64,000 nt of DNA from a virus, in IMG/VR virus record IMGVR_UViG_3300046787_000130, positions 97,238 to 161,237 of that record; one strand, written 5' to 3'. Numbering within the stretch: the first letter of the stretch is position 1; every line of letters begins with the position of its first letter. The position numbers and the translations under genes were made by a program. Shown piece after piece: positions 55,641 to 62,914 of the stretch. A model generated the notes under the pieces. The model was not told where the DNA came from and searched no databases. It saw only the letters and a list, made by a program, of their open reading frames with translations.

Positions 55641-55715
55641 TGCAGGATAGTTCAGCAGCAGAACACCGGACTCATAATCCGGGGGTCACGGGTGCGAGTC
55701 CCGTTCCTGCTACCA
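55641..55715 (+). tRNA. tRNA-Met(CAT), initiator-like
   Basis: 1:72 mismatch (T:T), CCGGA/TCCGG anticodon stem, CCA. Confidence 0.85.
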
Positions 55716-55719
55716 CTTT

Positions 55720-55793
55720 GCGGGTATGATGTAATGGTTGCCTGTGACCTTGCCAAGGTTATCGTGCGAGTTCGATTCTCGCTACCCGCTCCA
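55720..55793 (+). tRNA. tRNA-Gly(GCC)
   Basis: U73, CCA. Confidence 0.92.
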
Positions 55794-55829
55794 TTTTGAG
55801 AATCTGTTTTCCTATTTAAGGATGAATAT

Positions 55830-56252
55830 ATGAAACGTTTGCTTGCTACACTAGCCTTAATCCCATCTCTTGCTCTTGCTGAAGAGCCCAGCAAGTGGAC
55901 AACATTTACAAAGATGCCTGATGGCACGGTTTGGGAGTTCAAGAACAACTCTCTAAATGTAATTACTAACGACAGCAAGCAGATGTTTTGGATTGTTCAG
56001 TTTAGAACACACCAAGCGGGCAAGACGGTCTTTAATTTTGTAAAGGTTGCTGTTCCAGTAACTGCATGTAAGGTTCAGTCTGGTCAACTTGTTCTTGTTG
56101 GTATGGACAACGTTGAAAAAGCAAAGATTGACTTTGTATTTGACGGTGGCACTCTTGCGTCAAACATTGCGCAATCCGTCTGCCGTGCTGGCGACAAGGT
56201 ACTACAAAAGTATGCTGAAGAAGCAGAGAAGCCTGCTGAAGTAAGTACTTGA
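55830..56252 (+). CDS. Secreted/periplasmic hypothetical protein
   Basis: Signal peptide MKRLLATLALIPSLALA; two Cys. Confidence 0.75.
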   Translation: MKRLLATLALIPSLALAEEPSKWTTFTKMPDGTVWEFKNNSLNVITNDSKQMFWIVQFRTHQAGKTVFNFVKVAVPVTACKVQSGQLVLVGMDNVEKAKIDFVFDGGTLASNIAQSVCRAGDKVLQKYAEEAEKPAEVST

Positions 56253-56277
56253 CTCTTCAAGCAAACAGATATATAAT
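56249..56277 (+). promoter_or_regulatory. Sigma70 promoter before tRNA-Gln
   Basis: TTGACT-17bp-TATAAT. Confidence 0.8.
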
Positions 56278-56287
56278 TATCGTATAT

Positions 56288-56361
56288 TGAGGGGTCGTCT
56301 AACGGCAGGACGACGGACTTTGAATCCGTCTATCTAGGTTCAAATCCTAGCCCCTCAGCCA
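56288..56361 (+). tRNA. tRNA-Gln(TTG)
   Basis: U1-A72, G73, CCA. Confidence 0.93.
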
Positions 56362-56366
56362 TTTAA

Positions 56367-56456
56367 GGATGTGTGCCAGAGCCTGGTTTAATGGAACGGT
56401 CTTGAAAACCGTCGATGGGAAACCATCCGTAGGTTCGAATCCTACCACATCCGCCA
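56367..56456 (+). tRNA. tRNA-Ser(TGA)
   Basis: Long V-arm, G73, CCA. Confidence 0.93.
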
Positions 56457-56476
56457 TTTTATATTAGGAGATTGAA

Positions 56477-57016
56477 ATGATTGAAGAAGGCAAGAAGGTT
56501 CCTCAGAATGTTGTATTCAAGACTCGTGTTCGTGATGAGTCTGTTGGTGGACCAAATCCTTATCGTTGGGAAGATGTAAAGAGCGGCGACTTGTTCAAGC
56601 GTCGGCGCGTTGTTCTATTCTCACTGCCAGGTGCATTCACTCCAACCTGCTCAACCTATCAGTTGCCTGACTTTGAGAAACTCTATCCTGAGTTTACTCT
56701 CCATAAGATTAGTAAGATTTACTGCGTATCTGTAAATGATGCGTTTGTAATGAATGCTTGGGCAAAGCAGCAGGAACTGAAGAATGTTGAGGTCATTCCT
56801 GACGGCAGCGGACTCTTCACCAAGAAGATGGGCGCACTGGTCAAGAAGGATAATCTTGGTTTTGGTCAGCGCAGTTGGCGTTATGCTGCTGTTATCAAGA
56901 ATGGCGTCATTGAGAAGTTGTTTGTTGAGCCGGGTCTTGAAGACAACTGCCCTGCTGACCCATATGGTGAGACTTCCCCTCAGAATGTTCTGAAGTGGCT
57001 TCAAAACAATGCGTGA
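56477..57016 (+). CDS. Peroxiredoxin (Prx5/AHP1-type)
   Basis: LPGAFTPTCS, SVNDAFVMNAW, GFGQRSWRY. Confidence 0.94.
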   Translation: MIEEGKKVPQNVVFKTRVRDESVGGPNPYRWEDVKSGDLFKRRRVVLFSLPGAFTPTCSTYQLPDFEKLYPEFTLHKISKIYCVSVNDAFVMNAWAKQQELKNVEVIPDGSGLFTKKMGALVKKDNLGFGQRSWRYAAVIKNGVIEKLFVEPGLEDNCPADPYGETSPQNVLKWLQNNA

Positions 57017-57449
57017 AGAACTAGATAATGAACTTTGCGAAAAGTATCCTGAGATTTTTCGTGACCGTCACGCACCAGTAACTCAGACTCCTATGGGGTT
57101 TGGGTTTGAGTGCGGTGACGGTTGGTTTGACTTAATTGATGCTCTCTGTAAGAGAATTCAGAACTATCTAGATTGGGAACGTAAGTATCCCCCGCCTCAT
57201 GATGAAGAGATTGAGCAAGTTGTTGCCGCTCAAGTCAAAGAGAAGTTTGGCGGTATGCGTTTCTACTTTGACGGTGGCAATGACGTCATTCGCGGAATGG
57301 TCATGATGGCAGAAGAGATGTCATACAGCATCTGTGAAGAATGCGGCAACAAAGGTAGGCTGCGCGGTAGCGGTTGGGTTATAACCCGATGCGATGAGCA
57401 TTATACCAATGATGCTATTTCTTACGAGGAGCAACTTTCTTCTTCTTGA
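57009..57449 (+). CDS. Conserved phage hypothetical protein
   Basis: ECGDGW, QVKEKFGGMRFY, CEECG. Confidence 0.75.
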   Translation: MREELDNELCEKYPEIFRDRHAPVTQTPMGFGFECGDGWFDLIDALCKRIQNYLDWERKYPPPHDEEIEQVVAAQVKEKFGGMRFYFDGGNDVIRGMVMMAEEMSYSICEECGNKGRLRGSGWVITRCDEHYTNDAISYEEQLSSS

Positions 57450-57813
57450 CCGCAGTCTTCTTGGCTGCACCTTTTTGGGGTGCTACTTTCATAAAGTGAA
57501 ATTTGTGAAAGTATACAACCCAAGCAAACAGAAAGGCTAGACCAACATTCATCAACACTTCGCCAACTGGTGCTTCTATAGCAGTGACGTAATCAGCGCC
57601 ACGTGGTACAATTACAGTATATACGGTATTTGTCGCATTCCATAGTGAACACGCGATGATAGATACTAATGTTGTCTTTAATGACCAGTGCTGTAGGATG
57701 CTCCACTTTTGGACAATGCTTGTAGCATTGCCGAACAGCAGAACAAAGAATCCAGTCATACCAATACAAATTAGTAAGTTGGCAAAGATGTTGATGATTT
57801 GAAAGAAACTCAT
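57415..57813 (-). CDS. Three-TM membrane protein with Lys-rich tail
   Basis: Hydrophobic segments; SD AAGGGG; coupled to 57817..58194. Confidence 0.7.
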   Translation of the reverse strand: MSFFQIINIFANLLICIGMTGFFVLLFGNATSIVQKWSILQHWSLKTTLVSIIACSLWNATNTVYTVIVPRGADYVTAIEAPVGEVLMNVGLAFLFAWVVYFHKFHFMKVAPQKGAAKKTAVKKKKVAPRKK

Positions 57814-57816
57814 GCT

Positions 57817-58194
57817 CTATCCCCTTGGCTTTTTCTTCCCTGATGTTTTCTTTTTGGCGGCTTTACGCTTTGAAGGTTTACGTTTAGGGGCAGTCTGTTC
57901 TTCCATATCAGGCATAAGTTTCTTGATTGCGAAATCAATACCGCTCAAGCCAAGGAAGCCCAGAATAAACGCAATTCCAAAGGTAAGGTTCTGGTTGGTG
58001 AGATTCAGGGAATCTACAACAACTGGAGTTATATAGTTAGCGGAACCAACGCCCGCAGCAATGCTTAGGGCTACACTACTGAGTCGTGTAGCATGACCTT
58101 TTTTGATAGTTAATAAAGAACCGAACAATCCAGACACAATTAATCCTGCATTAATACCGACTTCTTGTAGGATATTTTGCATCCTTTTCCCCAA
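57817..58194 (-). CDS. Holin-like three-TM membrane protein with Lys-rich tail
   Basis: GLFGSLL, AGVGSANYITP, AFILGFLG; minus-strand CTAAATA at 58211-58217. Confidence 0.65.
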   Translation of the reverse strand: MGKRMQNILQEVGINAGLIVSGLFGSLLTIKKGHATRLSSVALSIAAGVGSANYITPVVVDSLNLTNQNLTFGIAFILGFLGLSGIDFAIKKLMPDMEEQTAPKRKPSKRKAAKKKTSGKKKPRG

Positions 58195-58225
58195 GTCTAG
58201 GTAGATACCGTATTTAGGAGTTCAT

Positions 58226-58867
58226 ATGAAGGTAAACATTGGACCATACAAGAATTGGATTGGACCATATCAGATTGCTGAAAAGATTCTGTTTTGGAAG
58301 GATAAGCATGAAGATGATTCTGTCCATAAGTTTGGCGCATGGCTATCTGGCGATGATAATAAGCCATCTTTGCTGCTACGTTTCTGTCAGTGGGTTGAGT
58401 CCAAGCGCGAACGCAAGGTGAAGATTCATATTGACAACTATGACACGTGGAATATGAACAGCACTCTTGCCATGATTATCCTGCCGATGCTCAAGCAACT
58501 GAAGGCAACCAAGCACAGCTCTCCCTTTGTTGACAACAAGGATGTTCCCAAGAATCTACGGTCAACGGCTGCTCCCCCGAAAGAAAATGAATGGGATATT
58601 GATGCCAATCATGAAGCCCGTTGGGATTGGGTGCTGGATGAGATTATCTGGACCTTTGAGCAACTGAATGATGAGGATAATGATTCTCAGTTTCATTCCG
58701 GCGTAAATGATTATGCTTTTGTAAAAAAGGATAATGGTTATGTTGAAATAGTTAATGGTCCAAATCATACCGCTAAATTTGATTATGAGGGATATAAAAA
58801 GCATCATAATCGGATTTCAAAAGGATTATTGCTGTTTGGAAAGTATTATCAGGGATTATGGGATTGA
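58226..58867 (+). CDS. Conserved phage hypothetical protein
   Basis: IDNYDTWNM..TLA.II.PMLKQLK...RWDWVLDE...LFGKYY..LWD; SD AGGAG. Confidence 0.8.
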   Translation: MKVNIGPYKNWIGPYQIAEKILFWKDKHEDDSVHKFGAWLSGDDNKPSLLLRFCQWVESKRERKVKIHIDNYDTWNMNSTLAMIILPMLKQLKATKHSSPFVDNKDVPKNLRSTAAPPKENEWDIDANHEARWDWVLDEIIWTFEQLNDEDNDSQFHSGVNDYAFVKKDNGYVEIVNGPNHTAKFDYEGYKKHHNRISKGLLLFGKYYQGLWD

Positions 58868-58877
58868 CTCTGAATAG

Positions 58878-58910
58878 ATGCCCCTAGATTCACGTCAGGG
58901 GCATTTTTTC
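58878..58910 (+). terminator. Intrinsic terminator
   Basis: ATGCCCCT/AGGGGCAT stem then T run. Confidence 0.75.
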
Positions 58911-58974
58911 CGTCTGGGGATGCTACGGGGTGGCTGAAATCTGCTTGGCACCTGCGCAATTCTACGCAGCCTAG

Positions 58975-59041
58975 TAAGGGATTGATTTTACAGAAGTTTT
59001 TCCTATCGACTTTTTCTTAGATTTCAGTACAATCTTAAGTA
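58975..59041 (+). promoter_or_regulatory. Repeated early promoter copy 5
   Basis: TAAGGGATTGATT, TCGACT 59006, 16 bp, TACAAT 59028. Confidence 0.8.
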
Positions 59042-59053
59042 TAGAAACAAGGA

Positions 59054-59344
59054 ATGAATATGAACCGCGACATCACCAATCCCGATGACATGACTTTTAC
59101 AGCGTTCGACAATCTGCTGTCCCGTGCTACGTTCACGCTGCTCCCTGAGAATGCGCGCAATGCGTATGCTGGTGCCAGCATGCGTTGCCTGTACGCCATC
59201 GTGGATGGGCTTGAAATCCTGTGCGAAGATGGCGTGTTCAACGTCTACGGCATGCGCGATGATGCTAATGATTTTGCACCGTGGTGCGTATCGTTTGCGC
59301 CTGCGCTGGGCAAGCGTCCTGGTTGCCGCGAGCAGATTCTGTAA
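59054..59344 (+). CDS. Hypothetical early protein
   Basis: Between two promoter repeats; GC-richer. Confidence 0.65.
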   Translation: MNMNRDITNPDDMTFTAFDNLLSRATFTLLPENARNAYAGASMRCLYAIVDGLEILCEDGVFNVYGMRDDANDFAPWCVSFAPALGKRPGCREQIL

Positions 59345-59406
59345 GCGGTTGATTCTACAAGAATTTTTCGCATTGACTTTTTCCTAGATTTCAGTACAAT
59401 ATAAGT
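59342..59406 (+). promoter_or_regulatory. Repeated early promoter copy 6
   Basis: TAAGCGGTTGATT, TTGACT 59373, 16 bp, TACAAT 59395, ATG 6 nt later. Confidence 0.8.
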
Positions 59407-59730
59407 ATGGTAGCAAAACGCAAAAAGCGGTCAGACCGCAACTACATCCTGTATGTGCTGGAGAACAAGCACACGGGCAGCACCTATATCGGGCTGTCTG
59501 CCGTGATTGGCTCTGCCAAGGTACGCACGCTCAAGGTGCGCTTCAAGCGCCATGTCTCCAAGGCTTTCACGGAAGCCAAGGCATGGACTCTCCACAAAGC
59601 CCTGCGCAAGCATCCTATGGAGTGTGACTGGAATCGCACCATTCTTCAGGTCATTCGTGGTCGCAAAGCGGCGTACCAGTTGGAGCGTCAGCTGATTGCT
59701 GAGCACCAGCCTGACCTCAACACGTTTTAA
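59407..59730 (+). CDS. Stand-alone GIY-YIG nuclease domain protein
   Basis: ILYVL...TYIGL, RFKRH, ERQLI, LN. Confidence 0.8.
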   Translation: MVAKRKKRSDRNYILYVLENKHTGSTYIGLSAVIGSAKVRTLKVRFKRHVSKAFTEAKAWTLHKALRKHPMECDWNRTILQVIRGRKAAYQLERQLIAEHQPDLNTF

Positions 59731-59744
59731 TTGGAGTTTAGATT

Positions 59745-60143
59745 ATGCCCTGCTATAACGGCGATGATTCGTATGACCGTGGCTACAACAGCGCGCACAG
59801 CGAAGTGCGCAAGATGGAAAAGGTGGTTGAGAAGTTTGAAGCCGTGCTGTGCGGCATCATGCAGATTGACCCCACCATTGTTGACCGCATCAATTGGAAG
59901 GAAGTTGGCATCACCAAGCAGCAGCACCTGAACTGGTGGAAAGAACACCAGAAGGAAGATGCTGCGCGCAAGGTGCGTGAAGCCAAGGAAAAAGAACAAG
60001 CCAAGATTGAGCGTCAGTTGCGCAAGGAACGCAAAGAAAAGGCACGTGTTGCCCGTCTTGCGAAGTTGCGCAAGGAACTGGCTGAAGCCGAAGCGGAAGA
60101 TGCCAAGAAGGCAAAGAAGAAAGTTGCCAAGAAGGGTAAGTGA
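59745..60143 (+). CDS. Hypothetical protein with charged helical tail
   Basis: MPCY...LC...WWKEHQKED; SD GGAG. Confidence 0.7.
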   Translation: MPCYNGDDSYDRGYNSAHSEVRKMEKVVEKFEAVLCGIMQIDPTIVDRINWKEVGITKQQHLNWWKEHQKEDAARKVREAKEKEQAKIERQLRKERKEKARVARLAKLRKELAEAEAEDAKKAKKKVAKKGK

Positions 60144-60144
60144 G

Positions 60145-60315
60145 ATGGAAGACTATCTGAAAGTTTATGTCGTGATAGAAGAAGACGATAGTCGAGGGTA
60201 TGGCGCAACGGTCGTTGGTGTGTTCACTCGACGCGAGGATGCTGAGGCTGCGCGCATCCAGCGAACGCGCGAGCGTGAGGCGTTCTGCACCGTCCATGAA
60301 GAGGAATTGAAGTGA
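60145..60315 (+). CDS. Hypothetical protein
   Basis: KVYVV...VVGVF.RREDAE pattern. Confidence 0.6.
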   Translation: MEDYLKVYVVIEEDDSRGYGATVVGVFTRREDAEAARIQRTREREAFCTVHEEELK

Positions 60316-60554
60316 TGAACGATTATGTGGTTGGTCAACCTGTTAGTCTGACTGTCGTTGGTAACATCACGGTTTCCACGGTGCGTCTGCCAAAGATGAT
60401 GCGTGACCCTGACCGTTGGGAAACTTGCCTGTTTGATGACACCAACGATTCTCGCTCAGAAGTCGTTGCGACGTACATCGCTCGATTTGATGCTGAGATT
60501 GGTCATGAACGAATTGTCTTGGCTCTCAAGTTTATGAATGACACAGGAAAGTAA
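60312..60554 (+). CDS. Hypothetical protein
   Basis: VSTV.L...WETCLF...AEIGH. Confidence 0.65.
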   Translation: MMNDYVVGQPVSLTVVGNITVSTVRLPKMMRDPDRWETCLFDDTNDSRSEVVATYIARFDAEIGHERIVLALKFMNDTGK

Positions 60555-60673
60555 AATGTTAGAAGTATTACTGGCATTGCTAAACATTGGAATGGTGGTT
60601 GGTTTGATTACCTGCGTTATCGTACCTGCCATAATTATGTATGCAATCGTAACAGACCGCAAAAGGAAATAAT

Positions 60674-60901
60674 ATGAGTAAATTGAACGCATATGAGCAC
60701 TTTGCTCTGAATTACTTTCTGACTTCTTATCCTGAAAACGTTTGTATTCAGGGCATCTTCAATATGATGCTGGAATACAGCGAAGAAGTGGTTGCTTGGG
60801 GGGATATCTTTTGGAGCGAAGAACCCGCTGACCTCATCCGTGAGATTGAAACCATGATTATCCTGTTGGAGCAGAGTTTTGTTCCGCGAGAGGTGAAGTA
60901 A
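60674..60901 (+). CDS. Hypothetical protein
   Basis: SD AAGGA. Confidence 0.55.
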   Translation: MSKLNAYEHFALNYFLTSYPENVCIQGIFNMMLEYSEEVVAWGDIFWSEEPADLIREIETMIILLEQSFVPREVK

Positions 60902-61086
60902 TGAATGAATCTTTGCGCAACCGTTGTGATGCACTAGTGACTGCTTTAGTCGGCAAGGATTATGTTGAGCAATGGTGGGATTCTCCAAACAAGATATTTG
61001 ACGGGGAAACTCCGCGCAAAACATTTGACTCTGAGCCAAATCTAGTTTATAATTACCTGATGGACATGACAGAAGGTGGATGGTGA
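60901..61086 (+). CDS. Stand-alone Xre/MbcA/ParS C-terminal antitoxin-like domain (DUF2384-like)
   Basis: VEQWWDSPNKIFDGETPR...VYNYL. Confidence 0.6.
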   Translation: MNESLRNRCDALVTALVGKDYVEQWWDSPNKIFDGETPRKTFDSEPNLVYNYLMDMTEGGW

Positions 61087-61225
61087 TGATGAACCAATTC
61101 AAAGTTTGTTATCGTCCTGGCGGTATGGGTCTTGACCATTCCTCATGGTGGCTCTGCGAAAGCAAGGTTATCCAGGGTGTTTGGATGGATTGGCCAATCA
61201 AGCGGCTGAAGTGGAGTGACTACCG

Positions 61226-61435
61226 ATGAACGATTGGTGGGACGATGATTCTATAGAAATTAGTGACCGAATACAGGCTATGCAAACTGAAATTGCAAGG
61301 CTGCGAGAACTATCAAAATTGCTATCAGAACAGAACGATTCTCTCAAGAAAATAGTGAGTGAACAAATTTGCCCTCGCGGAAAATCTTGGCTCACTGTTG
61401 ATGCTGATGGTAATACTGTACTGAGGAATATGTAA
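61226..61435 (+). CDS. Hypothetical coiled-coil protein
   Basis: SD GGAG. Confidence 0.5.
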   Translation: MNDWWDDDSIEISDRIQAMQTEIARLRELSKLLSEQNDSLKKIVSEQICPRGKSWLTVDADGNTVLRNM

Positions 61436-61620
61436 TGAACGTTTTTGTTGTATACTACGATGAACGCTACGAAGGCTTTGGAGAACGTGGAACTGAGCAA
61501 CGCAAGATTGAGGCGGTCTACGATAATGTGGAGGCTGCTCGCGCTAGGGCTCAACAGTTGAGCAAACTCAAGCATATTGTCTACGCTGACTTTGATGTTC
61601 ATGAACTTTTGATGTGCTAA
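61435..61620 (+). CDS. Hypothetical protein
   Basis: TAATG coupling. Confidence 0.55.
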   Translation: MNVFVVYYDERYEGFGERGTEQRKIEAVYDNVEAARARAQQLSKLKHIVYADFDVHELLMC

Positions 61621-61635
61621 CAGGAATTCAACCCC

Positions 61636-61824
61636 ATGAAGAATTTTCAACTTGACGATTTGTGGAATCAGGCACTACAGGACACCAAGGAAGACTGGGG
61701 TGGTCCGTACACTCGATATCGGTATGCTCAATTGGTGCTTCAAGCCGCAATTGATAACCTAGAGTGGCATGGGCGAGATGCTGACGCAATTGCTCAGGTC
61801 AAGTATCTAAAGGATACTATGTGA
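61636..61824 (+). CDS. Hypothetical protein
   Basis: SD AGGA. Confidence 0.55.
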   Translation: MKNFQLDDLWNQALQDTKEDWGGPYTRYRYAQLVLQAAIDNLEWHGRDADAIAQVKYLKDTM

Positions 61825-62045
61825 TGAACGACCGAATTGGTAAACTACTCAAACAAGCAGAGGAACGCTACCCAAGACATCTTGCAGTAGCAGTCCCAGA
61901 AGTACAATTACGACAGGATGCGCTAGAGAAGTTTGCTGAGTTGATTGTGCGAGAATGTGCTCAGTTTATTTTTGTGCTTGACGCAGAACCTGTATCCCAT
62001 AAGAGCGCAGCAAGAATGCTACAAGACCATTTTGGAGTCAAGTAA
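61821..62045 (+). CDS. Hypothetical protein, EKFAELIVREC family copy 1
   Basis: EKFAELIVRECA...HFGVK. Confidence 0.65.
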   Translation: MMNDRIGKLLKQAEERYPRHLAVAVPEVQLRQDALEKFAELIVRECAQFIFVLDAEPVSHKSAARMLQDHFGVK

Positions 62046-62260
62046 TGGGCGAAGAAATTAATCTACGGCTCAGAGAACTTTGGGAATTTACCTTAATGGA
62101 GCATAATTTTCCTGCTGACGTACACTACTATAATGAGTTTGGCAAACTAGTAATGGAAGAGTGTATCAAAGCCTGTCAGAGTCGTGTGGGTAACAGCGAC
62201 TACAATACAGGCAGAATGCACTGCGTCAGTGATATCAAAGAACATTTTGGAATCAAGTGA
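62045..62260 (+). CDS. Hypothetical protein, same family copy 2 (diverged)
   Basis: EFGKLVMEEC...IKEHFGIK. Confidence 0.6.
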   Translation: MGEEINLRLRELWEFTLMEHNFPADVHYYNEFGKLVMEECIKACQSRVGNSDYNTGRMHCVSDIKEHFGIK

Positions 62261-62421
62261 TGGGTTACACATACGAAGTCAATGTTTGGGATGGTCCTGA
62301 AGGTGGACAATTTAGATGGTTGCAACTATACGCTGGTGAAAGCCTATTTGCTGCTATCCGCAAGATGTGGTGGGCAAAGCGTAATGGCTGGCACTGTATC
62401 AAACTGGAGTATCGACCATGA
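62260..62421 (+). CDS. 53-aa hypothetical protein (below ORF-track cutoff)
   Basis: MGYTYEVNVW...; TGATG and ATGA couplings on both sides. Confidence 0.55.
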   Translation: MGYTYEVNVWDGPEGGQFRWLQLYAGESLFAAIRKMWWAKRNGWHCIKLEYRP

Positions 62422-62663
62422 ACGAACGAATTAAAGAACTTAGACACCAGGCAATTAATTATTGTATGGACAAAGGTAGTCAAGGCAATCTAAGCGAAGA
62501 AGTAGCAGAAAAGTTTGCTGAGTTGATTGTGCGACAATGTGCCCAAATTTGTAAGACTGTGGGCGGTGACCAAGTATCGGCTAGCAAAGATTACCAAGAA
62601 GGTAGAGAAATGGGCACTGAGGTTTGTTACAACATGATTAAGAAGCATTTTGGAGTTGAATAA
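62418..62663 (+). CDS. Hypothetical protein, same family copy 3
   Basis: MNERIKEL...EKFAELIVRQCA...HFGVE. Confidence 0.65.
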   Translation: MNERIKELRHQAINYCMDKGSQGNLSEEVAEKFAELIVRQCAQICKTVGGDQVSASKDYQEGREMGTEVCYNMIKKHFGVE

Positions 62664-62914
62664 TGCGGTGGGATAAAGAGCCAATACTAAAAGAGTTTAC
62701 AGAGGTCTTTCAAGACTATGTGCAGGATATTGGATGCATGGACAATGAGCAGGGTTGGATTGGCAGTCATAAGATTGTCGGCACAATCCGTGTCTACAAT
62801 GTTGACCCCAACGATGATACCGCATACGAAATCTTTGGACTAGATATGCGTGGCTTGGGTGGCTGCGGTTGCCCTGCTGATATTGAAATTCTTATTAGAA
62901 AGGTGGAAGAATGA
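62663..62914 (+). CDS. Hypothetical protein
   Basis: TAATG coupling. Confidence 0.55.
   Translation: MRWDKEPILKEFTEVFQDYVQDIGCMDNEQGWIGSHKIVGTIRVYNVDPNDDTAYEIFGLDMRGLGGCGCPADIEILIRKVEE

Noticed and set aside
3081-59406. Promoter repeats as CRISPR or integron attC sites
   Set aside because: Dispersed, non-palindromic, no regular spacers, no integrase or cas gene in the window
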